Source of the DNA: Octopus sinensis
Lineage: Eukaryota
Assembly: GCF_006345805.1 (NCBI RefSeq)
Contig: NC_042998.1
Span: 79,608,001-79,672,000, forward strand
DNA: 64,000 nucleotides
Direction: 5' to 3'
Part shown: positions 35,632 to 48,590 of the stretch, piece after piece
Position numbering within the stretch: position 1 is the first letter of the stretch
Layout: the number at the start of each line of letters is the position of its first letter
Notes under the pieces: model-generated
The model's database searches: none
What the model was told of the DNA's origin: nothing
What the model saw: only the letters and a program-made list of their open reading frames with translations
Made by a program: the position numbers and the translations under genes

Positions 35632-35691
35632 AGTAATTACAAATGCTTGAAACGTGGTGTTCAAACCAGTCAAGGTTTGTTGCAACAGTCT
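35632..35691 (+). CDS. IDH3B: IDH3B exon 2 (presequence, cleavage region)
   Basis: pyrimidine tract, tttcag|AGT..TCT|gtaagt; SNYKCLKRGVQTSQGLLQQS, 60 nt, phase 0-0. Confidence 0.82.
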
Positions 35692-37046
35692 GTAAGTATT
35701 TAAAATCATTTCTTATTTCATTTACTATACCTACTACAGTAATCACTTGCCATATCGCAGTTCACCTATCGCACACTCAGTACATTGTGGATTTTTCTGG
35801 CTAATGTATGTAAATTTATGTTGTGGACTCCTCAGTATATTGCAGGTTTCTGTGGCTGATAGGTATTTATATTTTTTTAGATTTTAATTATTTCTGTGGA
35901 AGGTTTTGGAATGTAACACCTGCAATAGTCAAGAGATTACTGTATTTACAATATTTATGTACCTGTTTACAGTTGATGCATCACTCACAAGGCCTTTTTA
36001 TAGCTTCAGGCCAACCAAAGCTTTGTGAGTGGATTTGGTAGAGGGAAACTGAAGGAATCCTGTCATGTATGTATTTGTGTCTCTTTGTCTTGACATCATA
36101 TGACATTTGGAAACAAGTGTCATCATCATGCAAGTGGTGTCCAACATCACTAATCTTCTATGAAAACATGCCAAGTCATGGGGAAATATCTCCTTGCTTA
36201 AAAACAAGTGAGAGACAGGAACATGAAGGGACATCTAACCATAGTAAATCTGTTTCAGTGAATTCACTCTAGCCTTTGCAAACATGGAAAAGCAGATGTT
36301 AAATGATGTTGTAATATCCTATCAGAAATGGTGCACCCTCAGATCTAGAAAATACAGTTTACAAAAGTCTTCCCACAATACAAATTAGTACTCACCTAGA
36401 ATATTCTAAAGCACCTTCAGGTGCCAAAGTCTGGCGACGAGCCTGATCAGGGAGGTAACAGGCAGCAAAGATGACCTGAAATAATAATTCTTTCTGATTT
36501 TGAGGAGCGGAACAAGTCAATTACATCAACCCCAATACTTGACTGGTACTTATTTTATTGACCCTGAAAGGATGAAAGACAAAACCTTGGAAGTATAATA
36601 ATAATAATAATAATGATAATAATAATAATAATAATACCATTGACACTAACTGTCTTACACACCTGCAAATTGTGGTGGAAGGATACAGTTAATTAAACTG
36701 ATCCTGGTACTTAACTGTTACTTATTTTATTGACCCCCAAGAGAAAGAAATGCAAAGTTGATCTGGGTGGGAGCTGAACTTAGAACATAGCTAGGAACAT
36801 AGCTGAATACCATAAGCTGTTGTAATAATAATAATAATAATACACCATGTCACGCACATATGGTTGTGATGCATGCGCCTGGTGTACCCTTATCAGACGG
36901 GTAGTCATGATGGGTATATTGGGCTTCGTATATTTTACCCCAGTGTCACTTTGATGGCATGAACTGCTCTCTCACTCAATAATAATAATAATAATGTTAA
37001 AATTATAATAATATATTGATTAAATGACTGTTTTGTTTCCTTTCAG

Positions 37047-37192
37047 GTAAACGAACCTGTTGCCAAATCTATGAAAAAACATGTTGTTACCATGGTACCT
37101 GGAGACGGTGTTGGTGCCAGTCTAATGACCAGTGTACAAGATGTCTTTACAGCTGCAGGTGTACCAGTGGACTTTGAGGAAATTTTCATTAG
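37047..37192 (+). CDS. IDH3B: IDH3B exon 3
   Basis: tttcag|GTA..ATTAG|gtatat; [48 protein letters not shown](S). Confidence 0.95.
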
Positions 37193-37265
37193 GTATATAT
37201 TAAGAACAAATATTATCAACAAGATCAGTAAATTCCTGATGGTGATCTTTCAAAATGTTTCGATA

Positions 37266-38132
37266 TGAGGTGGTATCAAAAAGTTCCCAGGCTAGTTCTG
37301 TAGCATACCAATAAATGGCTGCACATGGTTGCATGTGCAGTGACCTTCATGAGGCAGTGCTCTGAGTGGCATTGCTGTGTTTATCTCACAAGTTGTGGAA
37401 CTTGTGTTTTTTTTTTGTGATCACGTGTATGCTGTAGTCTGCAATTTTTGTCATGGACAGGAAGTTGGAACAAAGAGCCAACAGTAAATTTTGCTACAGT
37501 GACATTGAGCATGCTTCAGCAAGTTTACGGCGACGAGGCAATGGGTCATATGCAGTGTTTCGAGTGGCATGGGCACTTCAAAAGATACAACAAAGCTGCA
37601 GCTCAATCAAGAGCATGCTCATCATTTTTTTCGACATCTGCAATATTGTGTATTGAGAATTCATCCCCCATGGCCAGACTATCAATCGAGAGTTCTACTG
37701 CAACATTTCAAAGTGTTTGAGGGGAAACATTCAGTGAAAGTTACCAAATCTGTGGAGCACAAAGAATTCGATTCTTCACCATGCTCTCTTCACTCATGGG
37801 TTTCTCACCAAAAACAATATCATATTGCTTCCACAACCACCCTATTAGCCAGATTTAGCACTTGCAGACTTCCCTCTCTTCCCCAAAATGAAAATGCAGC
37901 TCAAAGGTTGCCATTTTAACACTGTTGTCAAGATCAAGAGTGAATCACAGAAGGTCTTCGATTCACTTACAGAAAACGACTTCTAGGCCAGATTCCAAAA
38001 GTGGCAAGAACACTGAGACTAGTGTATTGCTGCGCAGGGTGACTATTTCAATGGTGATGATGTTAAAACTTAGGTAAATAAGTTATTTCATAGTAAACAT
38101 AACTAGTCCAGGAAATTTTCAATACCACCTCA
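37266..38132 (+). mobile_element. internally deleted mariner (867 bp)
   Basis: TA-flanked TIRs tgaggtggtatcaaaaagttcc / ggaaattttcaataccacctca; MDRKLEQRANSKFC.. and ..PCDFPLFPKMK remnants. Confidence 0.88.
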
Positions 38133-38139
38133 TATGCAT

Positions 38140-39820
38140 GTTTATTATTATTGCATTTTACTATTCAAAGCTCTTGATTTTACTTGCTTTGGTTAATTCT
38201 GTGAGAGCGGACAGCAACCTATTGTCAAAAGTCTCACAGGGTCTCTTTCCACAATACTTAACATTCAAGTACCAATCTCAAAATCTTCACTGTCCCCAGA
38301 ATAGTAGTTTTTTGAGCAGGTTCCACCTTCATGTCAATTCTAATTTCTCCGACATATTTCTCAAACTCTGTTATTTGTGCTCCCATTCCCCCTACAATTT
38401 CTGGGATGACAGTTACTCTCTTCATTTCCCATATTCTTGCAATTTTGTTTTTTAGTAACTTGTATTTTCCCATCTTTTGCAGCACTTTGTCTCCCATGCA
38501 TGTGTCCCCAGGTATGGTAAGATCTATGATCTTGGCTTCTTTCTTCCTTTTATCCACTACAATAATGTCTGGTCTCTGAGCATTAATTAGTGAGTCACAC
38601 TGAATTGTGAAATCCCATAAGATTTTATATTCATTATTCTCAGTGGCACCTTCTAGTTTATGTTTGTATTATTTCTGTGTTCTTTCAAGACCATACTTCT
38701 CACACTATCTTCAGTGAACAAACTTAACCATTTTATCATACCTCTTTTGTATTCCTTTTGGGCCAGTTTACTACACTCACAGATTGTTTTGTTTTTGCTG
38801 CCGCATGTCCTACAAGGGGGAAATTCATTGTTCTTATCTATTTGGAACTTGGTGTAATTAGTTCTGAACTTGGTCCTGAGCACTACATACCAATGTCTCA
38901 GTGCATCCTTTCAGATCATTTTTCCTTAGTGATCCCCTGGTGTTAACCTTGTCTTTCCTTCAATTTCTCTGAAGTATTGCCCATACATTGCTCTCATTCC
39001 AGTTGTTTAATTTTTGTTCTCTGTCTTATTTCTTAAATGTTTTTGGGTACCACAATTTTCGTAGGTACCATGTTGTTGTTTTTAAGAGAGGCAAGCAAGG
39101 GTTCAATCTGCTGTTTGACGTACCATCCTGGAATGTTTTCCTTATTTGACAATACAGATCTTGCATCCTATGAGGCCTCTTACTCCCTTGTACTTAGACA
39201 CATAGTCTACTGATATCTCTTTTAGGGTGCAGTTCCTTGTTCATTGTCATCACTTACCTGGTTTTTCTATCCAATTCCTCAAGCTCATTTTTTGTCTGCC
39301 TAATACCTGCACCATTTTGCATTATGGAAACAGCCTATGTATTCATTGCTCTGATCTTGTTCTTTCCATTGAACCTACTCTCCATGATTAATTTGGTTCT
39401 TCTGAGATATTCTTGCCTAAGGCTTTCCTTCATCTCACTTTCCTTGATTTTGTCATACTCTAAAATACCCAGATACTTATATCTCTTCATCTCAACATCC
39501 TTGATTCTCCTACTGTTGGGTAGATCTACATCATCAGATGTCACTACTTTGCCTCTTTTTATGGTATACATACCACACATTTTAATCCAAATTCCATCCT
39601 TACTGAATGTTTGCAATGTTGAAACAAGACCATTTATTTCATATTCTCTCTTACAGAAGATCTTTAAGTCATCCATATATAGCAGGTGATTTAAGTTTCT
39701 GCCATTTTACAAGGTGTGACTTTCTGTAATATCTGTGTGAGGGGTTTCATGCAAATCACAAACAGCAATGGTGACAGACTATTTCCCTGGAATATGCCTC
39801 TCCTGATGTTAACCTTCATG
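38140..39820 (-). mobile_element. R4/Dong-clade non-LTR retrotransposon relic (RT end, Zn knuckle, REL endonuclease)
   Basis: YMDDLKIF..RYKYLGILE, CRTCGSKNKT..CECSKLAQKEYK, RPDIIVVDK..KIIDLTIP..TTILGTVKILRLVL; the 3' end abuts a TAA repeat. Confidence 0.85.
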
Positions 39821-41085
39821 ATAATTACTACTACTACTACTACTATGTGAGGATGCATGGCTTAGTGGTTAGGGCATTACATTCACAATTGCTAGATCGT
39901 AGTTTCAATTCCTAGACCAGGTGCTGTGTTGTGTTCTTGACCAAAGTCTGGCAGTTTGTTATTCTTGAGAAGACATGTCAAGCTAAGTAAAATCATGATT
40001 GTCCTTGCATACAGGCATGTCCCCTGCATCACTCTTCAGCTGAACCACCCTAATCTTGTGGGCTCGTGGGTGCTGGTGCCACATAAAGGGCACTTGTACC
40101 AGTACCATGTAAAAGCACCCAGTACACTCTGTAAAGTGGTTCATATTAGGAAGGGCATCCAGTCATAGAAACCATGCCAAAACAGACATGAAACCCAGGC
40201 AGCTTTTTAGCTGCCCAGCTCCTGTCAAACCATCCAATCAGTGCCAGCATGGAAAATGGAAGTTAAATAATGATGATGATGGTGGGATTGTTTATTTTTA
40301 GAATGACATTGTAGAGTAGATGTGAGGTGCAGGTTTGAACATAAAACAGATAGAATATATTCGAGCTACACTTGGTCAGTTGAAATACTAAAGGGTTAAG
40401 GTGCAGGCATTGCTGTGTGACTGAGAAGTTCACTTTAACAATTATTTAGTTCTGGATTTATTAATTGCATACTTTTTGGTCAGGTGAAGAAATGTGGGTT
40501 TGTTACTGTTTAAGCTTGAGGCATGGCTGTATGGTATCTCAATGTGTGGTGCCTTTAGCAAGTGTCTTCTGTCATAGCCTCAGGTAAAAAAAAACCTTGG
40601 AAACTATGTAGAAGCTCATCAGAGGGACTGTTCTTATTCTTGAGTGACTGACTTATGTTGCCAGATTCATTCAGCATAGTCTACTTTACTGTAAGCATTC
40701 AAACTAGGTATCCAATCAGAGGATAACTTCTGCTTCCATTCTTCCCACCATTATTAAAGACTGAATAAAAAACCATGGGTGCTTCACTTTCTCTTCTGAC
40801 TAAACCCTTAAGAAAGCAATAGTCACCAATACTAATAAAACACTAGTAAGATTAAGGCCTTGTGGTTAGAGTGTTGGACATATGAACATAAAGTCATAGA
40901 TTCTGTTTTTGGACCAGGCAGTGCATTGTCTCTTTGAGCAAGACTCTTTATTTCACATGTCTACCTAACCAAAAATAAGTACCAACAAGGAGTTGCTTCA
41001 GTCTTCTCTCTTTTCAGCTGTCACATCCTGGATATTCTGCTGTGTCAGGTGTGTCAAAAGGGCATCTTTATCTGCTCACATAGGA

Positions 41086-41146
41086 ACTTAAAACAATTAA
41101 CAAAAGCATGGTACCATGTACCATGCTTTTGTTAATTGTTTTAAGT
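41086..41146. repeat. perfect 29-bp inverted repeat with a 3-nt loop
   Basis: acttaaaacaattaacaaaagcatggtac cat gtaccatgcttttgttaattgttttaagt. Confidence 0.95.
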
Positions 41147-41500
41147 ACTAAGCTATACTTGCTATTGTGTGGTGGCTATGTTTTGCCCATGTAGACAAAC
41201 CAATGAAAAAGCCTCTTTGTAATCATTTAACCTACAAAATGTAGCAGCTAAATCACATCAAACCATCTTGAAAAAGTGAATGATATATTAGGTAATGTAG
41301 TTCTACATTCACATGGAACATTCAGACTATTTCACTGTTGGGTGCCATCAATCATGACCCTATTCCTTTAGGGTTTACCTGGGATTCTATAGCTTGTGTG
41401 TATGTATGTGGAATTATGATTATCTTGATGTACAAAATATATTTGAAAGTGTCACAATTTTGATTACATGAAATGCTTATTGCCGATGTTCTTTTTCCAG

Positions 41501-41641
41501 TGAAGTACAGCCAAGTCAAAGTGCAAGTTTAGATACTGTTGTTGAATCGTTCAAAAGAAATGGTGTTGGCATCAAAGGCATCATTGCAACTCCTGCTGAT
41601 GCCAAAGGCGGCGTCTTGGAAAGTTTAAACATGAAGTTAAG
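41501..41641 (+). CDS. IDH3B: IDH3B exon 4
   Basis: ttccag|TGAA..TTAAG|gttggt; [46 protein letters not shown](R). Confidence 0.95.
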
Positions 41642-42043
41642 GTTGGTAGCAGCTTTTCCTGACACAAGTTGTTTTCTAGAAGAACTAAATCATACACAGT
41701 CTGGAATAAGTAAACACACAGACACACACACACAAGCACCATAATACCAACTCACAGATTATAAGTTCAAATCCACTGTTGGCATTTTAATATATTTCTA
41801 TGACTAGCTCTTAATTCTAAAATGTTTCAGTTTATTTATCTTCCAAGAAGGGGTACCAGGTCATCTTGGAATATTATGATAGATTGGCCTCTGTCAATGG
41901 GGAGAATAATTTGATTCACTTCATACCATGAAACCTGGCTGCTCTTGATTTAAACTAGAATTTTGGGGATATTTTTTCTTGTAATTAAAATTGTAATATA
42001 AAAGTATAAAAAATACAACTGTTTAGACGTTACTCTCTTTCAG

Positions 42044-42176
42044 ACGTGAACTTGATATGTTTGCCAATGTCGTTTGGATTAAAAGCATGCCAGGCATCAA
42101 AACCCGACATAAGGATATGAATTTTGTGGTGATTCGTGAACAGCGAGAAGGTGAATACAGTGGACTTGAACATGAG
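42044..42176 (+). CDS. IDH3B: IDH3B exon 5
   Basis: tttcag|ACGT..CATGAG|gtaaag; [44 protein letters not shown]. The IREQ motif is beta-type. Confidence 0.96.
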
Positions 42177-43267
42177 GTAAAGCAATTAAGAAAAACAAAC
42201 ACTGCAGTTTTGAGAATCAATATTTTTCTTATAATTTTAAGCATTGCATGTCACAGCTGTAAAAATGGTAGAGCAACAGCTTAAATGTCTTATTTAGATA
42301 CATCTCTTTATAGTTTTGAAATCTTTCCAAAGTTGACTTTTATGGTCAATAAAATATGTATCAGTAAGTCATGCAGATAATATAATCACTTGTTTCATCA
42401 TGATTGTTATCATCAAACATCCCCTTTTTCAAGCATGCATGTGTTGGACAGGGTTTATTGAGGGAGATTTTCTATGATCAGATGCTCTTTCTTTCACCAA
42501 CCACCACTTATTTCCAAGCAAGGTAGTATTTCCCCATGGCTAGATATGTTGGCACAGAATATTGGAAAGTAATGACACTGCTAGTATGACAGTGTCTAAT
42601 CATTTACAACTATGTCATATTATGTCAAGACAAGGAGACAGAAACATACATTACATTGCTTATACACAAATAGCCTCTTTAAGTTTTCATGAACCAAATT
42701 CACTCACAAGGCTTTGATCAGCCCAGGCTGTACCAGAAGACAATTGTCCCAGGTTACAAAATAGTGGAACTGAACTTGAAAGCAAATGATTGGGAAATTA
42801 AGTTATTAACCATGCAACGATCCTTGAACCTGTTCCTTCCTTCCAGATTTGTAGCCATGCCCTTATGTTAGAATTTGTTCTGGGCAGTGGATTGACAGAA
42901 TCATTAGAATGTAGGAAAACTATCCTTGCAGTATTTGTTCTGCTTCTTACCTTCTGACCTCAAATGCTACTAAGCTCAACTTTACCTTTTATCAGTCAAA
43001 TCCTGGAGTGACTGTAATCAACTAAAGAAATCATTAACGTTCAGAGCTCATATCTTGTTGGTCTTGACATTTTATCCTTCCAAGTAGAATCAACTATACC
43101 CTTCCCCAGTGTGTATGCCTATGATAGAAATATATTTTAGGCTTTTGAAGGAATCCAACACTAGAAATAGTGACCTGCTTGATAAGAATGTTACCTTAGT
43201 TTAGAAAGAAAATCTATTTTAAATCCATTCTTGTACTGTATCTATATATATATGTGTGTGTGTGTGT

Positions 43268-44038
43268 GATGAATAGAATATTGTCTAAATTACGCAAAAA
43301 TGAAAATAACACTGACACCTCATTTTAACAGATATATTTACCAAAATTACATAAAAATATCTTGAAATACTAAAGAGTAAATTTATTCAATAAAATCGCC
43401 ATAGGTTTCAATCACAGCCTCCAGACGACTTCAGAATTTCTGCAACTCTTCTGGATGGTCCGCTTGTTTAAGTTGGTGAATGCTGCCATAATCCTTGCCT
43501 TCAGTTCATCTTTGGTGTTATAAGGAGTTTTGTTTTGTCTCTCGCTCAACTGTGCCCCACACAATAATCAAGGGGATTGTAGTCTGGGGAGTTAGGTGGG
43601 CAGATGTTAGGGGTGGTGTGGTTGCAGATATTGTCTGACAGCCATGACTGAGTTCTCTTTCTTGTGTGGAATAGGGCAGCATTACCTCCTCCAGGCACTT
43701 GATGTTGACCTCTGTGTTGAGACTGAAGCTGTGTGAGAAGACAAATGGAGGCATAACATCACCATCACTAGTGATCACTCAAAACACCATGATGTTGATT
43801 GGATTTCTATCACTCTCAGTACATGTTTGTATTGGAGCTTCCAGTGTGAATGCCAAGCAGTACAGCATGTGGTTTCCAAATTTCTGGCTGAGTGAATTGC
43901 ATCATAGTGCTGCTTTTCTCATAGATAGTGCCCAACTGACCCTACTATACTGTGTAGTCAACAAAATCAAAAACAAACAATGTGAATGCACAAAACTAAA
44001 AATATATATAATGGTAACAATTTACCCATTGCACCCTG
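43268..44038 (-). mobile_element. deleted Tc1/mariner of maT (DD37D)-like type
   Basis: MITSDGDVMPPF..NIKCLEEV and PPNSPDYNPL..WGTVERE; one terminus is tacagggtgcaatgggtaaattg. Confidence 0.7.
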
Positions 44039-44375
44039 TATATATATATATATATATATATATAGTTGAAAAGTTAACGCTCATGCTCATAATACATAGG
44101 CATTTGAATTCATTTTTTTACAGTCCAGCTGTCCTTTGATACGGAATTTCGTCTGTCTATAAACCAAAGCTCTGAAGAGACTTATATAAGTGGATATGTA
44201 TTGTTTATAAATCAAATAATGTAAATAAGTCGAAACAAATTGTTGGCCATTTTGGTTTTTTTAATGATTTTCTTTGTTAGCTTATATTATTTTATATTCA
44301 TAATTTATTTATAACATAATATACTATCAGATTGTCAATTGAATTGCTGTATTTAATTTATTGTTTATATATATA

Positions 44376-44423
44376 TAAACTTCAGATGATGATCTGAGAT
44401 TAAACAAATTGAAACGTAGTTTA
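44376..44423 (+). ncRNA. possible degenerate hammerhead relic
   Basis: UAAACU u CAGAUGA U GAUCUG..CAAAUU GAAA CGU AGUUUA; core and stem II are mutated. Confidence 0.3.
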
Positions 44424-45021
44424 GTTGGTGAAGTGACAGAGTTGTTAGAGTGTCAGATAGAATGTTTTGCTGTATTTGTTCAGACTGTCTGCTTCCTGAG
44501 CTCAAATCCTACCAAGGTCAAGATTGCTTATCATCCTTTTGGGGTCAATAAAAGTACAACTTTAGGGCAGTGGATTGACAGAACTCTAAGAATGTTCGAC
44601 CAATTATTTTGCCATATTTGTTCCAGTTCTTTGCATTCTGAGTTCAAATCCTACCAGCACCTGTTTAGATGGTGAACTTAACCTGCCACCCAGTTTAACA
44701 TCCCCCACATGGCCTTTGAGTGCCCTTAGTAGCATTCACTCTGTTGCAACAAAGTCATGCCAGGATACCTTCTTCCTTCCTTCCCATCAGTCAGAAAGGG
44801 TTTGCAAAGGCTCAGGAGCATTATTTTCCCTCTTGATTAAAATAAAAAGGAAAAAAGATGTAAACATTAAACAACTTATCCATCTCTAAGAGTGAGATTA
44901 ATAGTAAAAAAAATTGCATTATTTAACAATAACAGATCTTTTAAGGATATGACCTCAGATCAAGTTTTCTGCAATTTGAGTTTGCATTTAATATTCTCTC
45001 ATTTTTTTTTTTCATGTGTAG

Positions 45022-45155
45022 AGTACCCATGGTGTTGTAGAGAGCTTGAAGATTATGACTCGTGATAATTCACGGAGGATTGCTAAATTTGCATTTGATT
45101 ATGCTATTCGGCATAACAGGAAGAAGGTCACTGCTGTCCATAAAGCAAATATCAT
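45022..45155 (+). CDS. IDH3B: IDH3B exon 6
   Basis: gtgtag|AGT..ATCAT|gtaagt; [44 protein letters not shown](M). Confidence 0.96.
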
Positions 45156-46639
45156 GTAAGTTGATGTTACTCAAGCCATTTGCAAGCATAAAATCAGATG
45201 ATATAACAATTTGTTTCTGTTTGTGACAATTACCACTGATATATTTTTAATTGGTAACCAGTTAATAAAAGTTAATCTAAAGCAAGCTAGTGAGTGTTCC
45301 TTCCTTGATGCACTTCAAGATCCTGGGACACACATCCTTTGTGCTCCAACCCCACACCTCCCAGAACAAGTTGCAGGTTTATTGCTGGTTGTACCAGCAT
45401 TGGGCAGAGTCTGCAATATATTTTTTGAACAGACCCCTCTACCTAAGAAACAAAGACATCCCTTATCAACACATGCAATGCATGATGTAGTATGGTTATT
45501 CTTTCAAACCCTGCTTCATATTGCAGTTTTGTTGGTCTTATTCATACCAGGCACCAAGCTATTTGTATTGGACTTGCAATGTGTAATTAGAATGTTGCAA
45601 GAAAGAATTGCAAGATGATTCCACAAGCCAAGCCAACAAGCAAGAGACCTAGGGGTAGATCAAGAATGAGATGCTTGGATAATATCTATAGTCACAGTTA
45701 GTTGCACTTAGAAATCCAGCCAGAAAGTGTAATGATGGTTGCTTCTGATAGGAAGAGGTACTTGAGGATTCCACTCCAAAATCCCTCCTGTGAATAGTGA
45801 GTGGAAAAAATGGATGGATAGGTGGATAAAGCAAGCTAAAAATATTGTAATTTAGTGTCCTAGTTTGTGTTTGTCACTGCCTGAGTGAAACAGGGTTAGA
45901 TTCTCCATTGACATTACAACTGTGTTTTCTGAAGACTGTTGGAAAAAAAAAATCTCTTGCTTCAGGACTTTAAAAACAAGTAAGAGATTGGTGACAAGAA
46001 AATTATGAAAGAAAAAGCAGATGTAAAAGAAAAGTATGAGGTCAAGTTGCATTATGTTGTTTGTATTGGAAAGAATAGATTGTTTTTTTGATTACTGGAC
46101 AAGATTTCAGAATCAGAATCTGATCGGATAAATACAACACGTGGTGGTTGAGTAATTAAAGACACATTAAGCTAATTAAAACCATGGTTGCCCCTGTATA
46201 CAGGCGTCTCCTCTGAATCCCTCTTCAGCTGAGGGATCCTAATCTTGCGGACTTGTGGGTGCCGGTACCTCATAAAAAGCACCCATGCCAGTGCTGTGTA
46301 AAAGCATCCAGTACACTCTGTAAAAAGGTTGGTATTAGGAAGGGCACCCCAGCTGTAGAAACCATGTGAAAACAGACATAAAGCCCAGGTAGCTCCTGTC
46401 AAACCACCCAGCCCATGCCAGCATGGAAAACAGACATCAATTAATAATACAGTACTCCCGTAATTTATGGTTTCATACTTTATTCCAGTTGGCAGCAGCA
46501 TTAACTTGTGTCCAAGCAGTTAATCTATAGTGGGTGACAGAGCCTCTTCATCTTGGTGGGAGCTGGTGCCTGAGGTTCAGGCCAAGAGCAGTATAGAAGA
46601 GAGGGGGGCATTTATCACAAAATAAGGTTGGCAGGGTAT

Positions 46640-46930
46640 AAGGAAGTGTAAATCATTCTTTGTGTCTTCAATGTTTGATCTCTGCATCTTGACGTCTGTT
46701 ATTTTCCATCAGGTTCATTCTTTCAACAATGACATGCTGCCACTTTGGGCAGTCCTTGGCAATTGTCTCCCAGGTATTTAGGTCAGTGGAGCAGTGGAGT
46801 AGAGTTGCCTCTAGCTGGTCTTGGAAACGGAATTTGGGAGCTCTGCATGGTTTGGTGCCTGAGACCAACTCCTCAAATGGGAGTTGATGGGGGAAGTGTG
46901 TTTGAGGCATATTCCAGTATACTGTCACAG
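46640..46930 (-). mobile_element. RTE LINE C-terminal coding relic
   Basis: EELVSGTKPCRAPKFRFQDQLEATL..DLNTWETIAKDCPKW. Confidence 0.65.
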
Positions 46931-47932
46931 TAATGTGACCTGCACAGAGTCATACATTTGACCCTTATAAAAATACTTTAAAATATCATTCAATAAGTGT
47001 ATGATGAAACTTACAGAATTTATTTTTTCCACAAAATATATTTGTAAAATATGACTGTATCATATATGCCAGCAAGTACATTAGGTATACTGATTTATTT
47101 ATTTCATATCACAACTGAAGGACTATATAATACAAGATATTTTTATTCAGAAGCATATTTTCTCAGATACTTATATCTTTTGCCAGTATGCAATAACAGA
47201 AGATAGATGCAACAATATATTAAATAAATATTTGATTTTACCAAAATAAAAATATATATATATAAAGCATTGCATGTCAACATAGTAAAATTGATGTTAC
47301 AAATGTTGTTTGAATTGTTTTTCATTTACTGTTGAAATAATTAATTTCTCTTACCTTAGATTATTGATCTATTGATTTTAAAGTAATTGTTTTTCAGAAG
47401 AACTAATGTCAAAAATATTTCTTCCACTCTTGCTCATTATCTTACAGATAATGATAAAGTATTGTAGACCAAATTGGTGGAGCAAATGCAGCCAACAAAT
47501 TTATTTCTAAAATTTCTTTTATTTTGTAATTTAATCAAGAGAGGAGGTGGTGAGATAGTGCTCATGACTTTTTCAGTCATTCTTGTATGGATAGAGAGCA
47601 TTCCCAATTTTTGCAGGCATTCTTGAACTGGTGAGATTGTTGCAGTTGATGTTCAGCTTGAGTACCTCTAGAACATTGTTTGCAAAGGGAATATGTACAG
47701 GAATGGAATTCCAGAATGACTGGAAATCAGGGGAGGAAGTATTGGGTGAAGCCTTGAGGCTGTGTAGCAATGAATGGTAGGGAGATTACAAAAACTGCTG
47801 ATAATCAGAGAGGAAGATTCTTAATTTTACAAAAGTGGAAGCTAATTTGATGAGTTGTCTTAATACTTATTTGAATTAATGTTTCTTTTCTTAAAAATAA
47901 ACCTATACATCTATAAATTGTGAATTTTTCAG

Positions 47933-48035
47933 GAAACTTGGTGATGGTTTGTTTCTGCAATGTTGCCATGAGGTAGCGGCAATGTATCCCAGAATTGAAT
48001 TAGACACAGTGATTGTTGACAACTGTTGCATGCAG
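47933..48035 (+). CDS. IDH3B: IDH3B exon 7
   Basis: tttcag|GAAA..ATGCAG|gtaatt; [34 protein letters not shown]. Confidence 0.96.
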
Positions 48036-48104
48036 GTAATTTTTCATTAACTTAATTTAAATATTAATTTTTTTGTGTCTTGGAGGGGGTGGGGTGGAGA
48101 GAGT

Positions 48105-48590
48105 GCATTATGCTAACACTAAACATATGCTCTGATTCTGTTTCATTCCTTTATTTGTCAGTTGTTTAACCAATTAACTAATCAATTAATTAATTTTGCC
48201 TTTGATCCTTTCGGGGTTGGTAAAATAAGTATCTGTTAAGCACTGGAGTTGATGTAATCAACTTAACTCCCTTCTCTGCAATTGCTGACCTTGTGAAACC
48301 AATTAATTAATCATTTGGTCAATCAATCAATCAGTTAGGTTTGTCAAAGTCCTTTCTTTGTCATTTGCAATCTCATCAATGACATGCTTTCTCCACTCCA
48401 AGTCTGAGGGCATGTTATTGATAAGGTCTGAATGGCAACAAAAGGACTTTGATAAACTTAGCTGATTGATTGATTGACCGAACAATTAATTTAACAATCA
48501 ATAAGTTAATGGGTTAAATAGTTAACCCAATGATAAATAAGAAATAAAGAAGTGAAATTGAACCAGTGTGTGTGTTAATTATTAGTATAA
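48105..48590. repeat. old foldback element (about 190-bp arms) interrupted by a SINE fragment
   Basis: ggtcaatcaatcaatcagttaggtttgtcaaagtcc versus ggactttgataaacttagctgattgattgattgacc; the outer arms also align. Confidence 0.7.

Noticed and set aside
43699-45618. Long ORF-track calls of 135-150 aa such as 43699-44139 and 45211-45618
   Set aside because: They are antisense to transposon relics or are intronic low-complexity translations with no splice or homology support.
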